Positions 25,701 to 38,967 of a stretch of 64,000 nucleotides of DNA are shown in pieces. Position 1 is the first letter of the stretch. The number at the start of each line of letters is the position of its first letter. The stretch lies in assembly GCA_000708835.1 (NCBI GenBank), contig DF237437.1, positions 6,679 through 70,678 on the forward strand, written 5' to 3'. The notes beneath the pieces were generated by a model. That model saw nothing but the letters and a program-made list of their open reading frames with translations, made no database searches and had not been told where the DNA came from. This stretch comes from Klebsormidium nitens. Taxonomy: Eukaryota; Plantae; Klebsormidiophyceae. The translations under genes and the position numbers were made by a program.

Positions 25701-26694
25701 TAGAAACTTCCTGAGTTTGTAGGCTTTTCCAGGAGCCCTGCCACCGGCCTTGACATACATTGACCGGACTCAATTTCCATGATGTTGCATCCAAACATCA
25801 ACAGCATCATTTGCACCATTACCAAGATCAAATAAGCGGTGAATATGAGGGAGACATAGAAGATGTTACAAGGGCGCACTTGTCCAAGGAACAAGGCAAG
25901 ATCGATTGAATCAGTGGCAGATTATAGATGTCCTGCGCAAATGCTAAATCCTTCCAAGCCAAATTAATAATGCACAGTGTAAATGCTGATCGTCCAGGCA
26001 ATTTTGATCTTTGGCTTTACATAACCTATTGCTTCTGACTTATGAGCAGCAAAATCAACTAGAAAAGAATACCACAGAAATACTTTTGCTGAAGCAAAGA
26101 GGCCTGTACATTTTGCCGGCAGCTCGGTCAACACATATTCTGGTGAATCGAATGCAGCAAATGGCAGCGCCAATTGCAACTTCCTACAAGAATGATCTTC
26201 AAGTGGTCGAAGAAACGGCTTTGGCAGCATGCAAAAGCTGATACCAGGTGTTGAAACTCTGTGCTTGGTCTTTCTCCAGAGCTTAACAAAAATTACATTC
26301 AAGTGAAATGCTTATCACAGAAGACGGTGCATTCTTCAGAGCTTTGATACTCAGCAACCTAACTGCCTTTACATCGAGAGATCGGAGAGTGATGAAAGCT
26401 TTCAAAAGGGTATCAAAGCAGATTGCACACAAACATCTGTATTCCTGATGGCACGGCACGCAACAAAGCCCGCATATTGTTCATAAACTCAGACGTGCTT
26501 CAATGTTCCAGACATTTCGGAGCACATGAAAAAGACCAAAGGAGAGTTCTTGCAGATCCGCAGATTGCAAGGTACTCACGCTGCTCCTTGTATGCATTGG
26601 TGCCTTGCAAAGCACAACCCAGCCGATCAATGGCCTGGCCTGTCTCCCTGATCCAGAACCCAATGCTATACAGTGCTCTCCCAAGCGAGCCCAT
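22724..26694 (-). CDS. GAMMACA: Mitochondrial complex I gamma carbonic anhydrase (CA type), 5 exons
   Basis: Exons 26694-26580, 25530-25387, 25031-24906, 23556-23405 and 22987-22724 give MGSLGRALYSIGFWIRETGQAIDRLGC...SRHRTLMN...FVAPSASVIGDVEVG..SSIWYGAILRGDVNSI.VG..TNIQD..IVHVAKTN...PT.IG..VTIGHNAILHACTVED...IWAGNPAKFLRKL. The three metal-ligand histidines are retained. Confidence 0.96.
23545..24300 (-). repeat. Degenerate ~70-bp tandem array in gamma-CA intron 3; each unit = pyrimidine tract + CAG + first ~12 nt of exon 4
   Basis: The plus-strand motif tggcgttgtggcctgc, or close variants, recurs at ~23545 (true exon start), 23616, 23685, 23756, 23887, 23957, 24027, 24148 and 24277. Confidence 0.85.
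25110..25165. repeat. Short tandem duplication (~29-30 bp x2) in gamma-CA intron 2
   Basis: ctactcaagg(g)aacaaaaacagtaga occurs twice in tandem. Confidence 0.75.
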
Positions 26695-27705
26695 GGTCAA
26701 TCAGGTGGCAACCGCCAATCAACTGGCTTCTGGCCTTGGACTAGATAAACCTCTGCTGATTGAGCGGACGCCTTCCTCTGTTGAACAATGTTCTACACTA
26801 CCTAAAAAATGGTCGGTGGCACGCCCAAAGTTTCGTCCTGGTCAAGAGGGCAGTGATCCGGCCGCCTCCACATGCAGATGAGATATGAATCCAGTAGCCT
26901 CACTTCCAATCCAGATGGGAGAAAAACTTCGGGATCAAGCCTTCTGAGAAGGACGAAGGCCCCTGCAAGCTGACCAGGGGCCTGGGGCCACGGCTCCAGC
27001 TACCTATACTCGAGTATGCAGCACTGCCAACTTGAACTGGGCTTGCGGCAGCCGGTCTGCAGAAGCATCCTACGCCGGTGGATACCAATCGAGCTGATCG
27101 GACGATTAGCGTCAATCAGGCTTGCTGCGTGACTGCTTGTCCGTCGGTAAATCTTGGATATATATGGACGGTCTCCAGCTCAGTCTTGGTCACCGGCTTT
27201 AGTGCAACAACGATCCGATCGCGATGTCATTGCCAATGCATTTTTTCAACCTACCAGGCCTACCTAAATGCAGTATACGATATCGAGTGCGCAAGTCCCA
27301 CATGGAAACCAATCCTTAGAAGCTCTAACACACACAAGACCGCTTTGGCGGCAGCGCCAGCAAATGACCGCAAAGCCGAGTAGGTCGAGTTCTGCCGGAG
27401 GAGGCTTCACCACCGAGTATATCGGGGGTATATCCCTGCCTTAATTCCGGTACTCATTCGACTTTGTAATGATGCATGATACGTTGAGTCGACCACTTGC
27501 TAAGTTGCTGATTCAAATGGTGGATCCTCATCAAGGCTTCAGTGTCTTTATGCGTGGAACGGCCCTACTGAAACGAATGTCAGGCCGATTTGAGTGAGAT
27601 TAAGTGTGCACACCTTCTGAGCTCGCGCATGGCTACCGCAAAGCATTTAATCGTTACACAAGATATCCGCGGGCACTTAGCTTGCAAAAACTGAGGCTGG
27701 AATAC

Positions 27706-30700
27706 TCAATGTGTCCGCTTGACTCGGTCCACTGCCGCTTCCTCTTCTCTCTGCACCATTTCTACTTCCCCTGTCCTTGCCTTAGCCCCTTGCACCCCCT
27801 CTTTCGCTCTCTCCACCACCTCCGCGGGGGGCTTTGGCGGACCGGGCGCAGTCTGCGCAACCGTCTGGCCCAGCGTGCTGGAGCGAACCTTGCTCCCCTT
27901 GGTGGCTAACACGACCGACTGGCCGCTGTGCGTGATGTGCAGCACGGCCGGGGGCTTGCTTGGATCGCAGGGTTGCACCCACGGTTCGCCGTCCATTTGC
28001 AAGTACGCGCGCGGGGCGCGCTCCCCGTGCAGCTCTACCACCAACGCGTGCGCCTGCACCAGCAGAGAAGGCATTCTCGAATTTTCTGGGAAGCAATTTT
28101 AAGTGAATCTCGACATCAATTTTGGAAGGAGCAGACAAAGGATGCATACATTGAGAGGTCCTATGAAAAGGAATAAGGAGCGGGCAATCTTGGTAGTAAG
28201 CTTGACCTTCTAATCAAGTAAGCTTGTGGGGTTCTGCGGATTGGAACATGCTCCGCTGTGCGCTGACCAGCAGTCGGCCGCATATGGCTCTCTCGTGTGA
28301 TGTACAGCTGTCCTCGTAAGACTTCCCATCGGTTTCAAATGCTCGGAGTGTGGTCTCTGATTCTGGACCGTATGTGTGGTCTTTGATCGATAATGGAATA
28401 GCATCCGACGCCTCACATTCTGCGGACCACAAAGTCGCAAGTTGAGATCGTTGGGATGGCACTATTGACACAAAGAGCGGTGTAATGCTGCAACTAACCT
28501 GCACGAGTCGGCGCCCGTGCGCGGCCTTGGCCATGACGGCCGCGGTGTGCCAGCCGTCGGTGAAGGCCACGACCTCCAGCAGGCCGTCGTCCACCGTGGC
28601 AGGAACGAAGCCATGCTGCACAACCACCGGATCATGCCACGTCAGCACCAGGTCGTGGCATGACACATCTTATCGCAAAACGTAGCGGCCAGGGTGAGCC
28701 AGGATTAGGCGAGTGGTGCTTTGCGGACTCTCTGCTGCAGGCTCCTCCAGCCCGTGTGCAAATTATACAACCATACTCGATGCGAGTCGCTTCCTCGTAT
28801 TCCAATTGCAGCTCAGAGTCGGTATGGTTTTCTATCATTCCCCACTTGATCGAGTCCTAGCCAGGAAGGTCTGGATATCTGCAAATAACCGACTGTCAAG
28901 ACGAGCAGTACCTAAGCTCCGCCCATCCTATGTTGGTGAATGATAGACGAGGCTACACGACTTTGAGTCAACCCAAAGGCTCCGCCAGGGGTAGGGCTGG
29001 GGCATACCTTGGCCTGTTCACTGCGGCTTGGGTGGCCCCAGGGGTCTCGACCCCCAGCGTAGCTTTGTAGGTTCAGCACCACCACCGCACGAACGCTGCA
29101 TCCAAGCAGCATTCTTACTCACGTCAGCTGCTAGCAAGGTGGGACTTGATTAGCCGCTCGGCCCTCACGATCCCGGAATTTTCATGCCCAGATTGATTCG
29201 AGCTGACAACTGGACCTTTCTAAGTGACATTCGGATGCGATTTAAAGAGAAACGGGAGAACCGGGAGAACCCTACGCCTAGGCAGTTTCTTTGCAAGAAG
29301 CGATCTTGGCAGGGAGTAAAGCGGGGCTCCTGGCACGGAGATTGGAGCGTCCGATACATTCAGAGCGGTCGAGCGATTTAAAAAACACGTGATCGAGCCG
29401 GTGGATACTGACAAAACGACTGCCTCGCTGCAAATGAGTGTCGCGAGATGGCAGTTCCGCAACTGAGAGGGCTATGCCTAGGATGAGAAGACGGGGCTCA
29501 CTTGGAGTTGAGTTCCAGTGGGTGCCACACGCCGTCCTTGCTGGCATACTGGATGCGCGCAACCGCGGATACATCGCTGTACCAAAACGGGCGCCCGTTG
29601 AGACACCCTGCGCGATGTTTTCAATCCGCCGCAATCTTCTGTAAATTATAGCGGAAACGAGCGGATGTACTGACCATCACAACAGGCTCTTAGGGCACTT
29701 CGCACCGCAGCAATACCACCAAAACCGGGTCTCCATTTCGCAGCAAGCATTCAATCTGCTGAGAGCGGCAGTGCGGGGCTTACTGTGGGGAACAGGAGCA
29801 GGGCAGACAGAACCAGCCCTGTGCGCAGCCGTAGTAGCCGTACAAGCCCTGAAACGCCCACGAAGCAGAGACACGGCCGTCAGATCACGGACCCTCGAGC
29901 CTAAGCCGCTGCCCAATCGTTGACACAACCTTAAGGCAACGACCAGAAAATTAGGGGATGTCATGCCAATCCGAACCGCCCACGTGGCTGTCCAGTGAGG
30001 TGTGTCGCTCTGATTCCTACCTTTCAGTCGATAATAAAATACAGAATTAGCTGCCACGCTGGCGCTTCCTCGAACCGAAGCCTTTCCGATCGATGCGACC
30101 CTGGCACCATATTTTCTCGCACTGCCATGTGACATCCCACCAGCCAGCAACAAGATGCACGTGTACCACGCTGTGCACAAGCGCATTTTGAAATGCGTCG
30201 ACTGAGCGGCAGGGCAGGAGGGAAGATAAACCTACGGCGCACCTGATTGACCTTGCGGCCGCGCGCGAGCCATGGCTTGCGCTCGCGCAGGTGGTGGAAG
30301 GCGTACGCAGTGTGGGCGTCCATGCCTGCGTGTGCAACGAACACGGGGGCTAATGCAAGCAGAAGTCTAGCCGAAGGGCGGATTCATCGACCTTCATCAG
30401 GAGAACTCTTCGTCAACTGACCGTTGAGTCAATTGGTTCTAAAACAATCTCCTCGACGCAAGAGGTGCCACCAGAATATGACTTTATCGACTACCCGTTT
30501 TAGTCACCAACTGTTGATTCAAGCACTATCATGCCAACACTCCGAAGCCTCTGGAGCGAAAGGCCGCCCGGTTCTGAAAGGGGGTGGTTTGTGGACAGCG
30601 CTCCAGCTAAACACTGTGCTCAGGCACCCGCAAAGGCCTCACGAAGGGAAGGGCGAGCGGCTCGGCACAACTGACCTAGGCGAAAGCGATGTGGAGACGA

Positions 30701-32872
30701 ACCGGACATCACGCCATACTTCGACAATGCACACAAGCAATGGCTCCTCGTAACAAAGGGCCAGCGCCTCGGCATGGCTGACCTAAGCTGAAGTAGTTCC
30801 AAAAGCCGCCACGGAAGCCCTCCACATCGGTCTGGCCCTGGTGGTGGGAAAGGGGGTGAGAGGTTGGCTGCAGCTGATGGGGGTGCAGCGCATGGGGGAG
30901 AGACAGCGGGGCCGCATCTGCGGGGAACAGCTCCACGCGCCAGCTGCAACGTGCAGCGGAGCAGCGCGTCAGAGGTCGGCGAACGAGACTGAGGCTTGCA
31001 TTGCTTTCAACCGTAAAAGAGGATCACGAGCAACTAATGGAAGAGCAAGATTAGGAAGCCTCAAACGGAGGGGCAACGAGCAAAAGACTCAGGCAGTAAG
31101 CGCTGGCGAAAGGCAAGGTCGCTCAAAGATAAGGTGCTTGAGTGTGAGTGAGAGAACGCACTCACTTGTCCATGAGAGAGGGGGTCGCCTGTGCAACGCG
31201 CTGCAGGTAATTGGCCAGGCCAGGCGGGCGCGGTAGAGAGAACGACCCGCCCTATATACAAGGCAACGGAGGCGATTGAGTGAAAGCGGGTATATCGAGT
31301 TCAATTGGCTAGGAAACATACAAGCATGCTTAAAGATTGCAAACACGCTTGGAGTCCACAGGGGTGGCATCGCCAAGATTCCCTGTGCCACCAATTTGGA
31401 GAAGCTTTCTGACCGCAGAAAAGTGCTTCCTCCCTAAGCAGGATTCCCGGCTCCTGAAGCGGCCAGAGAGCATGATCGAATTCACTTGGTCTTCGAATGA
31501 GGCATGGCGTGCGAGACTCACCCAGCCAAAGGTACGAGACAGGTCGTTTCCTGTGCCCAGCGGGACGACCGCAACGGGCGGGGGCCGTTCCAGGCGCAGC
31601 GCCTCCAGGCTGGCCAGCAGCCACCCCACAGTGCCGTCTCCACCACACACCTGCACCCCACACCGACTCCCTCACGATCACTTATGGAGATCACGATTAT
31701 GGACTCAACCGTAGTTGCAGGAGATGTTACAATGGTCATCTCTGCCGGATGGACGCACTTTTGCAGCCAGCTTCTCGCCAGCGTACAAAAACAGAGTCAG
31801 AATGAGGCGAAAGTGGAACCGCGAATCTGATAGAGGAGGGGGCAGTATTGATGCGAGGGCGGGCCTCACCAGGATACGCATGGCGGTGCGGGTGGCGGCT
31901 GCAGCAGCGTTCCCAGCATTCACCTGCGCATCGAGGCGCTGCAGGAGGGTGGCCAGGATGGGGCCCGGCGGGTTCACTGAGAGGTCGAATACCTGCATCC
32001 GGGGGTAAAGCGAGCAGCTTAGCAGGGAGGAGGATAGACGGGGACGAGTGTATCAAGAGCACCACGGGAGAGTCCACTTCACGAATAGAGTTCCACGTGA
32101 GATTCAATATCAAAGGCCCTTCGAAACGTAACTCTGGTATCTGCCCTCAAGTCTTCGATCCCGTCTATCTTGAACCCCAGTTCCAAGACCGTCTTCATGG
32201 AAGTGCCTGTCCATAAAATCAATGCTGATTCGGGCTCACCTGACTCTTGCCGAGCAGCTTCTGGAACCCTGCCAGCAGCGAGGGCCCCACCCGGCCCCCG
32301 CTCTTGGAGTTGATGAACACCAGCAGCGGGTGCACTGCTGAACCACTGTCGCTTGCGGCTGCCTCTGTGCCGTTGGTCGCCTCAGTGGTTACTGTGGCTT
32401 CCATGGCCGCAATCGCTGCGTCTGCATGGGCGCCCAGGCTCTGCTTGGAGAGAGACAGCGCAGGGGATGCTCTAGGACCAGCAGTGCCAACATCCCGCTC
32501 AGTGGGGTTCGCATTGTCAGCAGGAAGCTCAGGGAGGGGTGCAGTATCGGTGGTCGAGCCAGGGGGCGGGAAAGTATCAGCGGTTTGGCCAGGGGGGGGT
32601 AAGTTGTCAGCCATAGAGCCAGAGGGGGCTGCAGTATCAGCGGTCACGTGAGCAGGGTTTATAGGGTTAATAGTTGAACCGGGAGGGGGTGTAGGATCAG
32701 CAATCGGGCCAGCAAGATGTGCAGTGTCGCCAGCAGAGGAGGGGGCAAGGGCGCCTTCGGGAATTGGTTCAACCGTGGTGGCAGGCAGAGAGCTCATCTC
32801 GACGCCATTGGGCCTTTCTTTGGGGCGCACATCTGTTGCATCAGCCTCTGGGGGCGTGCTTGACGTGTCCAT
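27706..32872 (-). CDS. DGK: Diacylglycerol kinase, plant type without C1 domains, ~11 exons
   Basis: Catalytic-domain motifs [12 protein letters not shown] (exon 32872-32240), [12 protein letters not shown] and [18 protein letters not shown] (31650-31522). Accessory-domain motifs [48 protein letters not shown] and YLQMDGEPW (last exon ~28052-27706). Some internal exon edges are approximate. Confidence 0.93.
32497..32646 (-). repeat. Coding 30-bp (10-aa) imperfect repeat in the DGK N-terminal extension
   Basis: [10 protein letters not shown] / [10 protein letters not shown] / [10 protein letters not shown] / [10 protein letters not shown] / PADNANPTE. Confidence 0.65.
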
Positions 32873-34762
32873 CGTAGATTCTGTGGGGGAGTGCGTGGCT
32901 GCCGAATGAACCAGATCCACTCTGAGCGAGGCCCACAGAGTTCTGGTCAGGTTCAATGAAGGCGAGGGAGGCTTCTACAGTGACCTTTTTCAAAAACCTG
33001 GCGCATCACCCTGCAGAAATAGGAAACATGCAATCGAAGCGGTTCTGATTTGATACTGACTTTTGTGGAACCTTGAAGTCATGATAAAATTGTCAAGATG
33101 AGTCCTCAATACGGTGTCCTTAGCTTCCGATGCTACTTACCAGGACCATCAGTGATCCCCAGGCTTCGTGTTAAGACTTTCACCGGGTCCTTGATGTCTG
33201 AGCTGCAACAGTGGTATCACAAAATGGGCAAAATGGCGGCCCCACCGACTCTTGCATGCATTACATCTGCTCGTCTGTTCTACTTCGCGGAGCATTTTTT
33301 CCTTTTCGCTGTCCCTGCTTTGCGCCTTAGGCTTAGCGCAATGATGATCAATCCTATCGGCACTTCTGCGAGCGGACAGCTTCGGTTAAAAGAGCGAGAT
33401 GACGCCATTTGTATTAAAGCAGTGGCAGTGGCCCCAGAACTTGATTGAAGTATTCCCGCTCTCTGCCTAAAATGTGAGATTCAAGGGCCTCCATGCCAGT
33501 GCACGACCTGCTAGATACAAAGTGAAGGAATGTCCAGAAAGGCATCTGCGCATTCAGCTTTGCAAATGCAGCGGCCAAGGCAGAGGTGCTTGGCTGTTTC
33601 CAGAATTCTAGATCACACTCACCCTGCTCCTCATAGCATTACGGACCAGCTTGATCGCAGTTCAATTGTTGATTTGCTCCGCTGGTCCTGCTGATGCACA
33701 GTGCAATGCTGCACACCGCCCTTGAGGATAGCTCGCTCATGGTCGATCATTTTTAGCTCACGAGACCGCAGCTGAGCTGGCCAGCTACAGCCAAAATCAG
33801 AAATCAGAAGCCCCGAGGCTGAAGGGTCGAATCTCATCAGGACAGTACGTCAGAAGCAGTGGTGCCAAACAGTGCAGCAAACAAGGGAAGCAGAAAGGAA
33901 GCTAGGCCTTGACACCACGTGTTGGCCTACAGGCTACAGGCAGAGGGCGCAAGCACCCAGGCAAAATAATTGAGCTCCAGTCGCGAGCAGACCATAGGCC
34001 CTAGGGGCTCCACCGCGGGGGTGTCCACAAAATTTTGCAGGCGTCTTATATGGTATTTTAGCAACATTTTGCACCGATTTTTGGGTCCGCCCGGCCGGTG
34101 GAGCCTCTGGTGTCGTTTGAAGAGTGGACCCATGTCTGCGTTTACCAGCTAAAACTCCTTTTTTTGGCTGTTGAGAAACATGGTCAGCTAGCACCAGAAT
34201 TTGGCGGAAACCTTTTGAGAGCATCAGACAACATATTGGAGCACTTTCGAACTTGTGGGCACCTGAGAATGCAAGGACCCGTCCACTTACAATTCTGCTC
34301 GCACGAGGATTTTGCCTGGTGCTTGCGCCCTCTGGCTACAGGTTTGCATGGAGCGACACAAACCGAGCCCTGGCACCCGCTCCGACTTTCAGATGTCAAT
34401 CGCGTCAACATGTCCTTATTACGTGCCCCCATGACACTAAGTTCTGTACCGTCGCCGACAATGTTGGCACTGACTCTGAGCGGTGCCCTGCTGATTTGTT
34501 GGTCCGCGCGCGCCACATGTCATTCGGACTCATTCCGAGTGCAGTGCCAATATTGCCAATTGGTGACGTGCCAGGGACTGTCACAGGCGCTGCAGCCTGT
34601 GGCAGGCTGCCGGCGAGCAAACACGGGGCCATCCGATTCCTATTCTCCGATCCTGATCTCTGAGTCGACAGCAAAGCCAGGAAACCTGCGACGCAACTCA
34701 CGCGTGGCGCCCTCCTTGTGCCTCACAAAGCACTTCTTCAATTGTGCACGGACGCCCCAGCA

Positions 34763-37700
34763 ATGGAGGCCGCGGCGCTTGTCAACAAGGTGACCCTCCC
34801 TCATGTTGCCGTGCGCTCCGCGAATAGGAATCAAATTGCCGCCCGGGGCAAGGAGAGACCGTTATCGTCCTTCCTGTGCGGAGGATGCCTGAAGGCCTGG
34901 CGGCAGGCCCCCCTGCAAGCATTGAAAGCACCTCTTTCCAGACTTTCAGAATTCAACCAGAGCACTAGGCCTAAAAACGTTCGCAGAGTGCAAGCCTCGG
35001 CTGTGTTGTCAGGCAATGGGGTTTCGCAGACCCGCCTTAATCCAGTTATTCCGGTTTTGCACAACGAGAAGGTAGAGACCGTGCACAACAAGGAAGGGCT
35101 AGAGAAAATCCTTGAGGAGGCAAAAGATCATCTTGTCGTTGTCGAGTATGGAACCAGTGAATCTGACTCAGTTCAGCAGATGCATCCGGCATTAGTTAGC
35201 CTGGCCATAAGCTGCCCCGACGTGAAGTTTGCCCTTGTCCTGGGGGATGAGAGCGAGGAGACTGAGCTCCTTATGGACGAGGCCGAAGTCAAAACAGTGC
35301 CACACTTTGTGTTTTACAAGTGAGCACCCTCGTCTTACCTCTTCTTGGTCTCTGACTCTGTTTACAGCCCTTGTTAGTGGTTCTCTCGGCTCTTGAAAGG
35401 TTGGTCTCTGCTCCCTGGCTTGTGCATGTTCCCTCTGGCAACAGGAACAAGCAAACTACTGGGTAGGTATTCTATGTACTCAATCCAGTGTGTATCCCAC
35501 CTACGAACACAATTCATGTTTCTCTGCTTGGTTTCCGGTACGCAACTTCTTTCCTTTCTTCTATTTCGTTCTGTGTTGCCTACTTGACAACTTTTCTTTT
35601 GTGGCCGGGCCCTTCTTTTCTTACGAGGTTGTTGGTTTGATCTCTGACCGCCAGTCACAGGCAGACTCTATTGTTCAGCCAGATGTTTTGATTCTTCTGC
35701 TCAACTCTTCTATGCAATAGCTTCTTGCAGCCTCTGTCAACAACTTGAGGACTTTCAAGGGTTTGTCCAAGGGTTTGTCTAACTATTTATAGGTAACTCG
35801 TAAAACTCTTCTACTCAGTTGTCCAGATCAAACCAGTGCAATCTAGAGCTTTTTCAAGAGTGGATACAGAAGCCTGAACTCAAGCAACCAGTCAAATTGG
35901 TTCAATCGCATCTTTGAAGATATCGTTGCTTGGAATTTGGAAATTTGCACACCGTTTCAGGGACGTGTTCAAATTCTTGTGCGATGGCAGCCTGGTTAAT
36001 CTGCCTGCGCTGGTTCGACGTCCCGATTCGAGGACCATCTGAGGCCTTCAAACGCTTTGGTTTGGGCCTCTCTATCTTCCTTGAGATAGATTGAGATTGT
36101 AGCCAACAGTTGACAACATGCACTAGGTGATCTGGTTTGCCAAACAAAATCAGACAGCATTTCTATCATTTTGCAACATCGTCTCTTTCAAAGGGTGACT
36201 TCTGCATTGCTGGTTTAGGATTGGGCCATCCCAGGCTCAGATGGGTAGTAACGTAGTCCAACGGATCATTCCGAACAGATATTTCCAGTAATATTTTTCC
36301 AACAATCCGACCAGGAATGTGGAATTATGTATGCGGTTTCCGACCAGAATCCAAGTGCCCTAAGTTAATACTTGAAGAAGCATCTTAGGGCTGATTTGGG
36401 CAGTTTTCTGCCTTCCCAGGACCATTTCAGATTTATTTAACCTTTCCGATTTTCCACTTTCCGAACGGGAAATTTGAATTTCTGACTTTCCGACTGCAAA
36501 TAATCATTTATTTATTCGGATTCATTACCTCAGACTACGGCACTGGTTATGTGTAAGCTGACCAGCTTCTCCTGCTTGCCTAAGCTCATGGGTTTCCTTT
36601 CAACTACTGAGCTAAACCTTGGGCCACATATCACTCCTATTGTAAAGCCAGACGATTGTGCCCTTCCAACCTTCCCTGATCGCACCCAGTAAGGTGTTCA
36701 ACAGTTATAGTTTGGAGAGGTGACGAGATTCTTTGACCACTGACCAGGTTGGGATAGAGGTTGTCGACCAGATGGAGATGCAGGCTCTGTAAGCTGTGCA
36801 AGCGTGGCATTCATTCATCCCGGTAACACATTTCGAAGTCAATTTTGCTGACTAACTTTCTCTTCTGCTTGACCGATCGATCAGAGTCCATCAATTGCAC
36901 AAGCGGCTATCCACTATTCCTGACTATTTCTTTGTCTGCATAGTCGCTAATCATCGTCCCTTCAATAACAGGAATGGTGTGAAGATCCACGAGGAGACTG
37001 GGATCAGCGAGGACATGTTGACGGGAGATGTGCTATACTATGGGGACACGAGCAGTCAGGTGGTGGACATTCACAACCAGGCAGACCTGGACCGGCTACT
37101 GGACAACTCGGGGGACAAGCTGATTGTGCTTGACATGGGGCTCAAGTACTGCGGGCCTTGCGTGAAGGTGAGGCAGGGTAGAACGTAGTCCTGGCTGATG
37201 TTTTGCAGAAGAGGTTGTTTTGTTTCAGGGCTGCGTAGCATACCAAGCAGTGCTTCTGGTAGGCGGAGTCGGGGGGCCTGCGTAAAGGTGTCATTGTCAT
37301 TGGTTTCAGGCTGGTTTGAAGCTCCTCAGTATCGTAGGACTGCGGCAGTGTCTTGGGCCCATATTGTACGTTCACGAGACTATCCTTCTCGCATTTTGTT
37401 TGGGAGTATCCTCTGCAATCAAATTGGATCATGCAGGAGTGGCACTCAGCATCTGAAGCGATCTTATGGAGCTGGAGACGGAGCCTTTGAGGCTTCCACT
37501 CAAAAGACTGAGCACATCATAGCAACCCGCAGCACACCAGTCTCCCCTGGCCTTTGCAAGGCTGTCTTCTATTATCTCTGTTGAACCCTCGTACTTGTCC
37601 GGCCTTGTTTTAGGTGGCCAGTCCTTGTACCCTGTTTACTCACCCCATAAATCGGGTTTTGTGCGGCAGGTATATCCCACGGTTGTCAAGCTGGCCCGGA

Positions 37701-37900
37701 AGATGGCCGGTTTTGCCGTCTTTGCCCGGGTGATGGGGGACGAGAACGAGTGGTGCCAGGAACTTCTCCAGCGGAACAAGGTGCTCGAGGTGCCGACCTT
37801 CATTTTCCTGAAAGATAAGAAGCAGCAAGCGAGATATGTGGGTTCGTCTCGGGGCTCGTTGATTGGGGAGATCTTGAAGCTGCAGGGCTTATGCCAGTAG
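34763..37900 (+). CDS. CDSP32: Chloroplast two-domain thioredoxin-like protein CDSP32, 3 exons
   Basis: Exons 34763-35319, 36972-37168 and 37670-37900. A transit-peptide-like N-terminus precedes the first Trx domain (KVPHFVFYK-like, GDVLYYGD). The second Trx domain reads [26 protein letters not shown]...FARVMGDEN...EVPTFIF...[15 protein letters not shown]. Confidence 0.93.
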
Positions 37901-38967
37901 ATTTAGGACTGCCAGGCGTAGCCTTAGAACTAGTTGATCTAGAAATCAACAACAGATTAGTCGTTGCATCTGAGCTCGACAGGAGGCTAAAATACGATTA
38001 TTTCATGGGCTTGATGCACCCGTCAACCGGGTTGCAGTCAAGGTCATCTGTAGTGGCAGGTCTCGTTGATTGGCAATAAAATCTGATCGGAAGCAGTCAC
38101 GATCTAGTTGCTTGTAGCTAGGGGCCTCAAGTGGCCAGCGCGTGTGTTTTAGCATTGAAGGGGCTTAGCGCCTGTTAAAGGCTTGTCATGAACATTCACA
38201 ACACTGGCCTATCAATGCACTTGTAAAGCTTTGTCAGTCTTGCTGCCAGTGCATACCATCCGCCTGTTGGCAGAGTTTTTGGGTCTCAGACGGCTCGGTG
38301 CAGTATTTTTGATTTGACGTACATACATGTGCATGTGATCACATATCCCTCCATTGTCAATCGCGTGGTGCTTTGACGTGTGGCGTGTGTAGTTGATTCA
38401 TTTGGACAGCCCCGGAGCCAGCGTTTGATGCCATCCGGGTTGTAGTGCAGAAAACTGGCACATGTATTTTACCACTGAGATCGAATGGTCAGTATATATA
38501 CATGCTAATTGACTGCAAACTGCATATGTGCATGCAAGCCTGTCACCAGCCAATGGCCATCAATTGGACATGCAGGACAAGTTGCACTGAAGCAAGTGAC
38601 CTACATGCGCCTAGCTAAAAATTGCAGCTTTGCTCAATGCATGTCAGTGGCTCAGGTTGAGGATATAAAAGCAAGTCACCAGCTAGCAAGGTTGTAAAAC
38701 ATGCTGTAAGAGCTGTTGAGACCGGATCCACATTCATTCTGGCCGGCCAACATCGTTGCGCATGGACGATTCGATGCTAGTCATGTGAAGAGTTAACCAA
38801 CGCTTTCGCGCGTACTTGGGATGGCAGTTGAATCTGCATGGAGCCGTACGGCTTCGCTAGCCTTCATCTAGATAGATCAGAGTTCTCCCGTTTCGGGAAC
38901 ATTGAATGTCGACACAGACATCCACTTCGATCAACAAACAGACACAAGCGAGACACGTGACTCTCCG

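Noticed and set aside
34098-34793. 231-aa ORF upstream of CDSP32
   Set aside because: It has no recognisable motifs or splice structure and lies in the DGK/CDSP32 divergent promoter region, so it is probably a chance ORF.
36240-36545. Possible MITE in CDSP32 intron 1
   Set aside because: Only a 7-bp inverted match (cgtagtc/gactacg) and no target-site duplication were found.
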